Made by a program: the position numbers and the translations under genes. Below are positions 39,937 to 47,082 of a stretch of 64,000 bases of DNA, in pieces; position 1 is the stretch's first letter, and each line of letters starts with the position of its first letter. The notes below the pieces were generated by a model. The model was not told the DNA's origin and ran no database searches. It saw nothing but the letters and a program-made list of their open reading frames with translations. The DNA is from Thermoplasmatales archaeon (GTDB lineage Archaea; Thermoplasmatota; Thermoplasmata; Methanomassiliicoccales; Methanomethylophilaceae): NCBI GenBank assembly GCA_012515075.1, contig JAAYZC010000002.1:70048-134047 (forward strand). Reading direction: 5' to 3'.

Positions 39937-40390
39937 ATGGAAGGATCGGAGAAGATTAGGCTGGCGTTCCACCTGTGCGGGCCGATGTTCGTTCTCTTCT
40001 ACCTGATACCCGAACAGGCAGGGGCATCCCCAGAGGCGTCATCGCAACGATACCTTGGGCAGTCTTCGCTGTGGTGGAGGCGCTGCGCATAAAGCATCGT
40101 ATACCGGTCACCTGTCTGAGGTACCATGAGTACGAACGTCCCTGTGCGGTCATCTGCGGGGCGAACCCACGATCCATCCCATTGTTCCCGTGGAGGTCTT
40201 CTTCACAATAGCCCTATCCTCACTGGCACTGTTCTACGGCGTGACGATGGGAACGCTCGTGCTGTCGGCGGCGGCATCCGTGTCGGCCGTTGCGGCCGAG
40301 GCCGTCAGGAACAACAAGGTCGACGATGACTTCCTTATGCTTGCGGTGCCCGCCGTCATAATGTGGATGCTGGGGCCGTATCTCGTTTAA
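39937..40390 (+). pseudogene. Frameshifted, internally truncated dolichol-kinase/cytidylyltransferase-like membrane gene
   Basis: Three consecutive frames give MEGSEKIRLAFHL..., then EALRIK..LRYHEYER, then AVAAE...VDDDFLM. Frame switches lie near 40020 and 40190. Confidence 0.6.
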
Positions 40391-40554
40391 CGGCCGAACC
40401 AGTGCTGCTTTCCCCATTTATTGTAGTTCGCCCACCATCCCTGGATGAACGATCCGCAGCAATCTAGGGCCTTCTGCTCTGCGTCCGGACCCTTGTAGGT
40501 CTTGTAGCAGTTCAGACACTGGAATCTGAGCTCGGGGGCTTTCTGTTTTGCCAT
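40387..40554 (-). CDS. 55-aa Cys/Trp-rich putative zinc-binding microprotein, absent from the ORF track
   Basis: MAKQKAPELRFQCLNCYKTYKGPDAEQKALDCCGSFIQGWWANYNKWGKQHWFGR*. TTTATTA box about 23 nt upstream. Confidence 0.75.
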   Translation of the reverse strand: MAKQKAPELRFQCLNCYKTYKGPDAEQKALDCCGSFIQGWWANYNKWGKQHWFGR

Positions 40555-40689
40555 CGAACCCCGATTGTGCGCTCCGTTAATAAATCTTTAGCAACAGGAT
40601 TCCCTGCCCACTGGACCGTACACACCCTCCCGGAACGCAGCAGTCTGGCCGCTTATCTTCGCATGCTCAGGCCGTGTGGCCCGAATAGC

Positions 40690-40824
40690 ATGTATGATAT
40701 ACATATGATGTCCATATCTAGGTGCTCCCGCGAGTCGCGTGCGACCTGTCCGGACGTTCCCTGCGAGGTATTATATAGGTAACAACTGCGTATTGTAAAC
40801 GTTTCTACACATATTATTTATATG
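40690..40824. promoter_or_regulatory. AT-rich divergent promoter region with three 15-bp inverted repeats
   Basis: ATGTATgatATACAT (40690-40704), ATATGatgtcCATAT (40703-40717), CATATtatttATATG (40810-40824; overlaps the TATA box). Confidence 0.5.
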
Positions 40825-40846
40825 CTTAATCCATTGGGGGAAGTCC

Positions 40847-41347
40847 ATGAATAGAATCAAGGTCATCAACGAACCATCCGAGCTCGTACCTATGCTCAGG
40901 TCTGTTGATACCCCTGTTAAGAGGGATGTACTCAAAGAAGTGACCTTGGAGTGGAGGACCGCCGACGATATTGAGAAGAAATTCGGTTCGGAGGGCAGGG
41001 ACGCCATCGTTTTCTTCGAAAAGATGAAACTTGTGGAGACGCGCTGGTTATCTACTAACGGTAGCTACCCCGAAAAATCTTACCATACATACTACACTTC
41101 TTTTCATATAAACGCCCAGTGGCCAGTCTACGAGATATCCGATGTTCTCGCTGCCGCCATGATGAGCACCGAGGAGTACGCGGACATAGAATCCAAGATA
41201 CTGAAGGAGGTCGGCAAGGAAGGCAGGTTCTCCGGCGACGTCGCGGAATCCCTCGGTCTGACCTCCACAATGCTCAAGAGCCTGGTCCGCCGTTCCGTCA
41301 AGATGGACTATCGCGGGCACAGGATTGAGATGATCCACGAAGAGTAA
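40847..41347 (+). CDS. Archaeal ArsR-like wHTH transcriptional regulator
   Basis: INEPSELVPML...W.T..DIE...LVETRW...PEKSYHTYY pattern of the conserved euryarchaeal family. Confidence 0.8.
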   Translation: MNRIKVINEPSELVPMLRSVDTPVKRDVLKEVTLEWRTADDIEKKFGSEGRDAIVFFEKMKLVETRWLSTNGSYPEKSYHTYYTSFHINAQWPVYEISDVLAAAMMSTEEYADIESKILKEVGKEGRFSGDVAESLGLTSTMLKSLVRRSVKMDYRGHRIEMIHEE

Positions 41348-41351
41348 TGAG

Positions 41352-41870
41352 ATGTCCGACATCTGGATTATGCGCATCGGTCACCGCCCCCAGAGGGACA
41401 AGAGGGTCACCACGCACGTAGCGCTCTCCGCCAGGGCGCTCGGCGCCAAAGGCATCTACGTCGACACGAAGGACGAGGTCCTGGAGTCCAACATCCGCAG
41501 CGTGGTGGACAGGTTCGGAGGGGATTACACGATAGAGACCGGGGTCAGATGGCAGAAGGCCGTCAAGGAGTTCGAAGGCAGCGTTGTGCATCTAACCATG
41601 TACGGCCAGAGGGTAGACGAGGCCCTGCCCGGAATACCGAAGGACTCAGACATCATGGTGGTGGTCGGTGCCGAGAAGGTTCCCCCAGAAGTCTATCAGC
41701 AGGCGGATTTCAACATATCCGTGGGCAACCAGCCCCACTCAGAAATAGCCGCCCTGGCGATATTCCTGGACAGGTTCACCGAGGGAAGGGCTCTCTATTC
41801 GGACCGCCACGGAAAGATGACAGTGATACCCAACAGCAGGGGGAAGACCGTTGTCGATCTATCCGAATGA
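41352..41870 (+). CDS. trm56: tRNA (cytidine(56)-2'-O)-methyltransferase
   Basis: RIGHRPQRDKRVTTHV, FGG, HLTMYG, GAEKVP, NQPHSE. Confidence 0.95.
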   Translation: MSDIWIMRIGHRPQRDKRVTTHVALSARALGAKGIYVDTKDEVLESNIRSVVDRFGGDYTIETGVRWQKAVKEFEGSVVHLTMYGQRVDEALPGIPKDSDIMVVVGAEKVPPEVYQQADFNISVGNQPHSEIAALAIFLDRFTEGRALYSDRHGKMTVIPNSRGKTVVDLSE

Positions 41871-42435
41871 CACCGAATGCATCCGCATGCTCTCCGAGGC
41901 CGGATGCAAGAGGCGGGTCATAGTGCACTGCTGCACTGTGAGAACCGTGGCCGACACAATGGCCGCCGGGATGAACCGGGCAGATCCGGGACTTGTCACG
42001 GCAGGAGCGCTTCTGCATGACATCGGCCGCGCCAGGGACCATTCCATAATGCACGCGACAGTGGGGGCGGACATGGCCCGCGACCTGGGGCTTCCCAGGG
42101 AGATAGTCGAGATAATCCGGAGGCACACCGGGGCCGGACTCGACGAACAGGATGCCGTAGAGATGGGCCTGCCGCCGGGTGATTACATACCCCGGACCAT
42201 AGAGGAGAAGATCGTGGCCCATGCGGACAATCTTGTCAGCGACGATCGCGTCGTGCGCCATGCCCACTCCGTCGAAAGGCTGGTGTCCAAAGGGGCCTAC
42301 CGCGGTGCCGAGAGGATAGAGCTGCTTCATATGGAGCTTTCGGACCTCTACGGCAGGGACCTGGATGACATGGTTGACCTGCTGGGGGAGCATCCGCGGC
42401 TCAGCGGTCCGTGTGCGGACCTCCACAAGCGCTGA
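41851..42435 (+). CDS. HD (HDIG) domain phosphohydrolase
   Basis: HC..V, LLHDIGR, H...GA, RHTGAG, EEKIVAHADN; overlaps trm56 by 20 nt. Confidence 0.9.
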   Translation: MSIYPNDTECIRMLSEAGCKRRVIVHCCTVRTVADTMAAGMNRADPGLVTAGALLHDIGRARDHSIMHATVGADMARDLGLPREIVEIIRRHTGAGLDEQDAVEMGLPPGDYIPRTIEEKIVAHADNLVSDDRVVRHAHSVERLVSKGAYRGAERIELLHMELSDLYGRDLDDMVDLLGEHPRLSGPCADLHKR

Positions 42436-42684
42436 TCATGCAAACCCGCAGACGCGGGACGGGAAGTGACTGAGTATTATTATGTCGCCGACCGACTGTA
42501 TCCATCTGAAGGGTATGGCTACGGCCACGCCCTCATCCACCAGCACGGGGCTGGCCCTCTCCACGTAAAGGCTGTCGGCCCTCAGACCGGTTATGTCGAT
42601 GATCACATCGTCCACCACACCCAGGAATATTCCGTCGGGAGTGTATATCTCCAGGCCCTTCATGTTGCCCAGCTCTTCCATCAT
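42436..42684 (-). CDS. PRC-barrel protein (CdpB1-like)
   Basis: GLEIYTPDG..LG.VDDVIID...IPFRWIQSVGDIIIL. Confidence 0.85.
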   Translation of the reverse strand: MMEELGNMKGLEIYTPDGIFLGVVDDVIIDITGLRADSLYVERASPVLVDEGVAVAIPFRWIQSVGDIIILSHFPSRVCGFA

Positions 42685-42823
42685 CGGATCGTTACGGTAT
42701 CCGCCGCCCGCGATATAACCGTTTTCCGTTCTGCACAGGCTATCTCCGTTGTATGTTAACGCCGTTGATATGAAACGTATTTATCCGCGTTAGGAGATTC
42801 TATAGGAGCAGGAGACTAACAGA

Positions 42824-43138
42824 ATGGTAACAGAACTGTCAGAAGCAACCTTCCAGAAATTCATAGACGACAACCAGTTGGCCCTCATCGACTGCTGGGC
42901 ACCCTGGTGCGGACCCTGCAGGAGGATGGCGCCCATACTGGAGCAGGTGGCCAAGGCCATGGAGGGCAAGGCAGGGGTCGCCAAGATGAACACCGACGAT
43001 AACCCGGACCTGTCCATGAAGCTGGGCATAAACGCGATACCGGCCCTTCTGATATACAAGAACGGAGTCCCCCAGCCGCCCCTCATAGGCCTGAGGGCCA
43101 AGGAAGAGATAATATCCCATCTCAACGCTCTGCTATGA
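42824..43138 (+). CDS. trxA: Thioredoxin
   Basis: WCGPC, IP motif, GGAG RBS. Confidence 0.95.
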   Translation: MVTELSEATFQKFIDDNQLALIDCWAPWCGPCRRMAPILEQVAKAMEGKAGVAKMNTDDNPDLSMKLGINAIPALLIYKNGVPQPPLIGLRAKEEIISHLNALL

Positions 43139-43142
43139 CGTT

Positions 43143-44036
43143 ATGAAAGGATTCGACGTAGCCGTGATAGGGTCTGGGCCATCGGGCATACAGGCCGCCA
43201 TACATTCCTCCAGGAAGAAGGCTTCCACGGTTCTGCTGGGCAAGCCGTCCGGCAGCGCCATGTCGGGGACACATGTCGAGAACTACTTCGGGATTCCCGG
43301 GAAGGCCGACGGGGACGGGCTCCTCCGCACGGGAATCGCCCAGGCCGTTTCATTCGGGGCGGTGCACATACCCGAGAGCGTCACCTCCCTCTCCGTCACC
43401 CCCGAAGGTTTCCGGGCTGTCCTGGAAGGCGGAGGGGAGGTGACGGCCAGGGCGGTGATACTGGCCACAGGCGTGTCCAGGGTCAAGCTCGGGATACCGG
43501 GGGAGAAGGAATTCTTCGGCAAGGGGGTAAGCTACTGCGCAGTGTGCGACTGCAGTTTCTACAAGGGTCTGAAAGTCGCGGTGATAGGGGGCGAGGCCGA
43601 GGCCGCCTCGTCCGCGGAGATGATGACCCGCTACGCCTCCGAGGTTTTCTGGGTGTCGGATGACATCCGGGCCGCCGATTATGCAGTGGGCAAGGCCGAG
43701 GCCGCCGGTGTCCGCATCATCCGTCTGAAACCGGTATCGATAGGGGGAGGGGAGAGGGTAGACTCGCTGAATCTGTCGGATGGATCCTCGTTGCGGGTGG
43801 ACGGCGTCTTCATAGAGCTGGGAGCCCGTTCCGCGGCGGAGCTGGCGATGGACGTGGACCTGATGCCGGAGGTGGACGACACCATAGCCGTCGACGGCAG
43901 TTGCGCTACGACCGTGCCCGGAGTGTTCGCATGCGGCGACATAACCGGTCGCCCATGGCAGGTCGCCCGCGCGGTCGGCCAGGGGGCCCAGGCGGGGCTG
44001 TCCGCAGCCGACTACGCGAAGGGGACCGCGCAATGA
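43143..44036 (+). CDS. trxB: Thioredoxin reductase-like FAD oxidoreductase
   Basis: IGSGPSG, ENYFG, ILATG, GVSYCAVCD, GVFACGD. Confidence 0.9.
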   Translation: MKGFDVAVIGSGPSGIQAAIHSSRKKASTVLLGKPSGSAMSGTHVENYFGIPGKADGDGLLRTGIAQAVSFGAVHIPESVTSLSVTPEGFRAVLEGGGEVTARAVILATGVSRVKLGIPGEKEFFGKGVSYCAVCDCSFYKGLKVAVIGGEAEAASSAEMMTRYASEVFWVSDDIRAADYAVGKAEAAGVRIIRLKPVSIGGGERVDSLNLSDGSSLRVDGVFIELGARSAAELAMDVDLMPEVDDTIAVDGSCATTVPGVFACGDITGRPWQVARAVGQGAQAGLSAADYAKGTAQ

Positions 44037-44545
44037 CGGTTGACGATCTGGTCGCCGGGATGCTCAGGGAGGAAGGGGGCTTCCAGAAGGCCCTCCGCAG
44101 CATGATAACCGAGGACCTCGGTATGACCACCAACGAATTCTGCGAGTATTCGGGGATATCCAAGAGCACCATGTACAAGATCCTGGAGGAGAAGCGCGAG
44201 CCCAATCTGCGCACGGTCAGGAGCATAATCAAGGCCCTGAGGATGCTATCCTCCGCATCCGATGACAGCTTCATAGCGGTCATAGCATCATATACCGTGT
44301 TGGAATCCATACCGGACGCCGTGGAGCTGGACGGCCGCAAGGTCTCCATAAGGGAGTATCCGGTGAGCACCGTGGAGGATGCGATAATCGCCGCGGTCAG
44401 AGCCGAACGCGACGGGGCCCTGGGTGTGGTCTGCGCCCCGATAGTCGCCCCCACCGTCGAGAAGATACTGTCCGTGCCAGTATCGCCCGTAATACCCACA
44501 TCCAGCATAATGACCGCCGTGGACAGGATAAAAGACTCGTTATAA
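44033..44545 (+). CDS. XRE-type HTH regulator with a C-terminal sensor-like domain
   Basis: SGISKSTMYKI...REPNLRT; AAVRAERDGA.GVVCAPIV. ATG at 44033 overlaps the trxB stop. Confidence 0.85.
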   Translation: MTVDDLVAGMLREEGGFQKALRSMITEDLGMTTNEFCEYSGISKSTMYKILEEKREPNLRTVRSIIKALRMLSSASDDSFIAVIASYTVLESIPDAVELDGRKVSIREYPVSTVEDAIIAAVRAERDGALGVVCAPIVAPTVEKILSVPVSPVIPTSSIMTAVDRIKDSL

Positions 44546-44594
44546 CGAAAAAAGTAAATATACAACCTTAACTCTTCTTGGCCCGGGGATTATA

Positions 44595-45053
44595 ATAGCA
44601 TTCGAATTACAAATCGTAAGCAACACACCGCTGAGTTCGGTGCCGGAGGTCGACGTGGTAGCCGAGACCTTCCTTGTTCAGATAGGTTACATCCCGAAGG
44701 GGTACGATCCCAAGACCGGGGCGGCGGGGCTCCGGGACAGTGTACCCTACCGCATGTTCATGGAGTTCTTCATTAGGAACAAGTCGAAGGCCTGGACAGT
44801 CGAGGAGCTGGCAGCCCTCCTGGGGACCACCAAGCCCACGATCTACAGGCATATCAACAAGCTCAAATCCATGGATCTCCTCGAGAGTTTGGACGCGGAG
44901 TTCGAAGGCCAGGTGCGCAAGGGATACCGCATAAGGTACGGCGATCTCTCCAAGGCCTGGAGCTTCACGGAGGCGAACGTGAACATGGCCATGGAGAACT
45001 ACCGCAGAACGGTGGGGCATTTGCAGAGCCTGGTGGACGCGGAGAGGGATTGA
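44595..45053 (+). CDS. HTH domain protein; probable non-canonical ATA start at 44595 (first canonical start is GTG at 44640)
   Basis: WTVEELAALLGTTKPTIYRHINKL HTH. The protein-like open frame AFELQIVSNTPLSSV precedes the GTG. Confidence 0.8.
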   Translation: MAFELQIVSNTPLSSVPEVDVVAETFLVQIGYIPKGYDPKTGAAGLRDSVPYRMFMEFFIRNKSKAWTVEELAALLGTTKPTIYRHINKLKSMDLLESLDAEFEGQVRKGYRIRYGDLSKAWSFTEANVNMAMENYRRTVGHLQSLVDAERD

Positions 45054-45054
45054 C

Positions 45055-45309
45055 ATGATAGGCGACGAGTTGGAGATAACGAAGGGCTGGAGATATCTTG
45101 TGAGGTTCTCGGATCCCGATTCGGAGGACGTGGAGGGGACCTTCGCGGGCTATGCGATGGTGGGCACGGAGACCGCGATGGTGATGGAGACCGACGGCGG
45201 GAGGATGCGTTTCATACTGATTTCCAACATCCTGTTCGTGGACCTACTGGAATCAAAGGACGGGCCGAGGTCCGCCAGGGAGACGACGGCGGGAATCAAC
45301 TACGGATGA
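45055..45309 (+). CDS. Hypothetical protein, possible Sm/Hfq-like small beta-barrel
   Basis: KG..YLV...EGTFAGY...MRFILISNILFVD; tightly packed between the HTH gene and elp3. Confidence 0.7.
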   Translation: MIGDELEITKGWRYLVRFSDPDSEDVEGTFAGYAMVGTETAMVMETDGGRMRFILISNILFVDLLESKDGPRSARETTAGINYG

Positions 45310-45313
45310 TCAG

Positions 45314-46849
45314 ATGGGTTCGGATTTCAATCGCCGTGTAATCGAAATGCTGAAGAGCGGCGAGATAGAGGACCGCGACCAGCTGCAGAAGGTCAAGGTC
45401 AGGCTGTCCAAGGAGTACGGCCTGGGGGCCGTACCTCCCAACTCCGAGATACTGGCGGATGTCAGAGAGGAGGACAGGAAGGCGCTGCGCCCCTTCCTGA
45501 TGAAGAAGCCCATGAGGACCCTCAGCGGCGTGGCTGTGGTGGCAGTCATGACATCGCCGTATCCCTGCCCCCACGGGAAGTGCTCCTACTGCCCCGGAGG
45601 GGTCGAGAACGGGTCCCCTCAGTCCTACACGGGGAAGGAGCCCGCGGCCAGACGCGCGGAGCGCAACGAGTTCGATCCCTTCAGGCAGGTGTCGGACAGG
45701 ATAAGCCAGCTTTCATCCATAGGTCACATGACCGATAAGATAGACCTGATAATAATGGGGGGCACCTTCACTTCCAGGGATCCGGGGTACAAGGAATGGT
45801 TCGTGCGTCGCTGCTTCGATGCCATGAACGGTGTCGACTCCCCCGACCTGGAATCCGCCCAGAACCTGAACGAGACGTCCGCCCACAGATGCGTGGGACT
45901 GACGGTGGAGACCCGCCCGGATGTGTTCGGGACCGACCAGATCGATGAGGCGATGGCGCTGGGTACAACCAGGGTGGAGCTGGGGGTGCAGATCCTGGAC
46001 GACGCCGTTCTGGAAGGCGTCGGCCGCGGCCACGGGGTGGCCGCAGTCATCGAAGCGACGAAAGCCTGCAAGGACCGCGGACTGAAGGTCTGCTACCATC
46101 TGATGCCCGGCCTCCCCGGGTCGTCTCCGGAGAAGGACATGGAATGCTTCCTCAGGGTCTTCTCCGATCCGGATTTCAGGCCCGACATGCTGAAGTTCTA
46201 CCCCACGCTGGTAATCTCAGGGACCAGTCTTTACGGGATGTGGGAGAGGGGGGAGTACCTGCCCTATGACCTGGAGACGGCCGTATCCCTGCTGGCGGAC
46301 ATGAAGTCCGCGGTGCCGGAATACGTGAGGATACAGCGCATACAGCGTGACATCCCCGTCCCGCAGATCTCCGCGGGGATAACGAGGAGCAACATACGCG
46401 AACTCGTCAAGACACGTCTGCAGGAGACCGGCAGGGAGTGCAGGTGCATCAGATGCAGGGAGGTCGGGCACGCCGACGTGCGCCCAGACGCGGAGAGCAC
46501 GGAGTTCGGGGTCATGGAGTATGAGGCGTCTGGCGGCACCGAGAGGTTCATATCCTTGGAGTGCGGGGATTCCGTCATAGGGTACGTACGTCTCAGGACG
46601 GACGGAACCGGGACCGCCACCGTCAGGGAGCTGAAGGTTTTCGGCATGATGGCGGCGATCGGTTCGCAGGGTGAGGACTGGCAGCACCGCGGTTTCGGCA
46701 GGGCGCTGATGGAACGCGCCGAAGGGGTCGCCACGGAGTCCGGAGCAACCAGGATACGGGTCACAAGCGGCGTGGGCGTCAGGGGCTACTACCGGTCTCT
46801 GGGGTATTCCCTCCGGGCCCCCTACATGGTCAAGGAGCTCAGTCGATGA
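45314..46849 (+). CDS. elp3: Elp3-family tRNA U34 carboxymethyl radical SAM/GNAT enzyme
   Basis: RTLSGVAVVAVM, CPHGKCSYCPGG, QSYTG.EP, ETRPD, RIQRDIP, WQHRGFG, GVRGYY. Confidence 0.96.
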   Translation: MGSDFNRRVIEMLKSGEIEDRDQLQKVKVRLSKEYGLGAVPPNSEILADVREEDRKALRPFLMKKPMRTLSGVAVVAVMTSPYPCPHGKCSYCPGGVENGSPQSYTGKEPAARRAERNEFDPFRQVSDRISQLSSIGHMTDKIDLIIMGGTFTSRDPGYKEWFVRRCFDAMNGVDSPDLESAQNLNETSAHRCVGLTVETRPDVFGTDQIDEAMALGTTRVELGVQILDDAVLEGVGRGHGVAAVIEATKACKDRGLKVCYHLMPGLPGSSPEKDMECFLRVFSDPDFRPDMLKFYPTLVISGTSLYGMWERGEYLPYDLETAVSLLADMKSAVPEYVRIQRIQRDIPVPQISAGITRSNIRELVKTRLQETGRECRCIRCREVGHADVRPDAESTEFGVMEYEASGGTERFISLECGDSVIGYVRLRTDGTGTATVRELKVFGMMAAIGSQGEDWQHRGFGRALMERAEGVATESGATRIRVTSGVGVRGYYRSLGYSLRAPYMVKELSR

Positions 46850-47078
46850 CCACGCGGTCGCTCTCGAGACGGAAGCCGTCGGTCTGTATGACGTAACGCC
46901 CCCTCTCGTCCACCTTGTGCTCTTTCAGATAGACCGCGCCGCTGGGGCTTACCAGGATGTAGACGATGGTGCCGGAGACGGTGTCTATCACCAGGTCGTC
47001 GAGCATACCCAGATACCTGCCAGAAGATGTCTCCACCCTCTTACCCAGCATCTCCCCCAGGAAAACCCTGCCGTCCAA
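46839..47078 (-). CDS. PRC-barrel protein (CdpB2-like)
   Basis: LGKRVETSSGRYLG.LDDLVID..SG.I..I.V.P...DERGRYVI; TTG start 4 nt after the cdc48 stop. Confidence 0.8.
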   Translation of the reverse strand: MDGRVFLGEMLGKRVETSSGRYLGMLDDLVIDTVSGTIVYILVSPSGAVYLKEHKVDERGRYVIQTDGFRLESDRVVID

Positions 47079-47082
47079 GGGA

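Noticed and set aside
40600..40830. Replication origin in the AT-rich intergenic region
   Set aside because: No convincing repeated ORB motifs and no adjacent orc1/cdc6.
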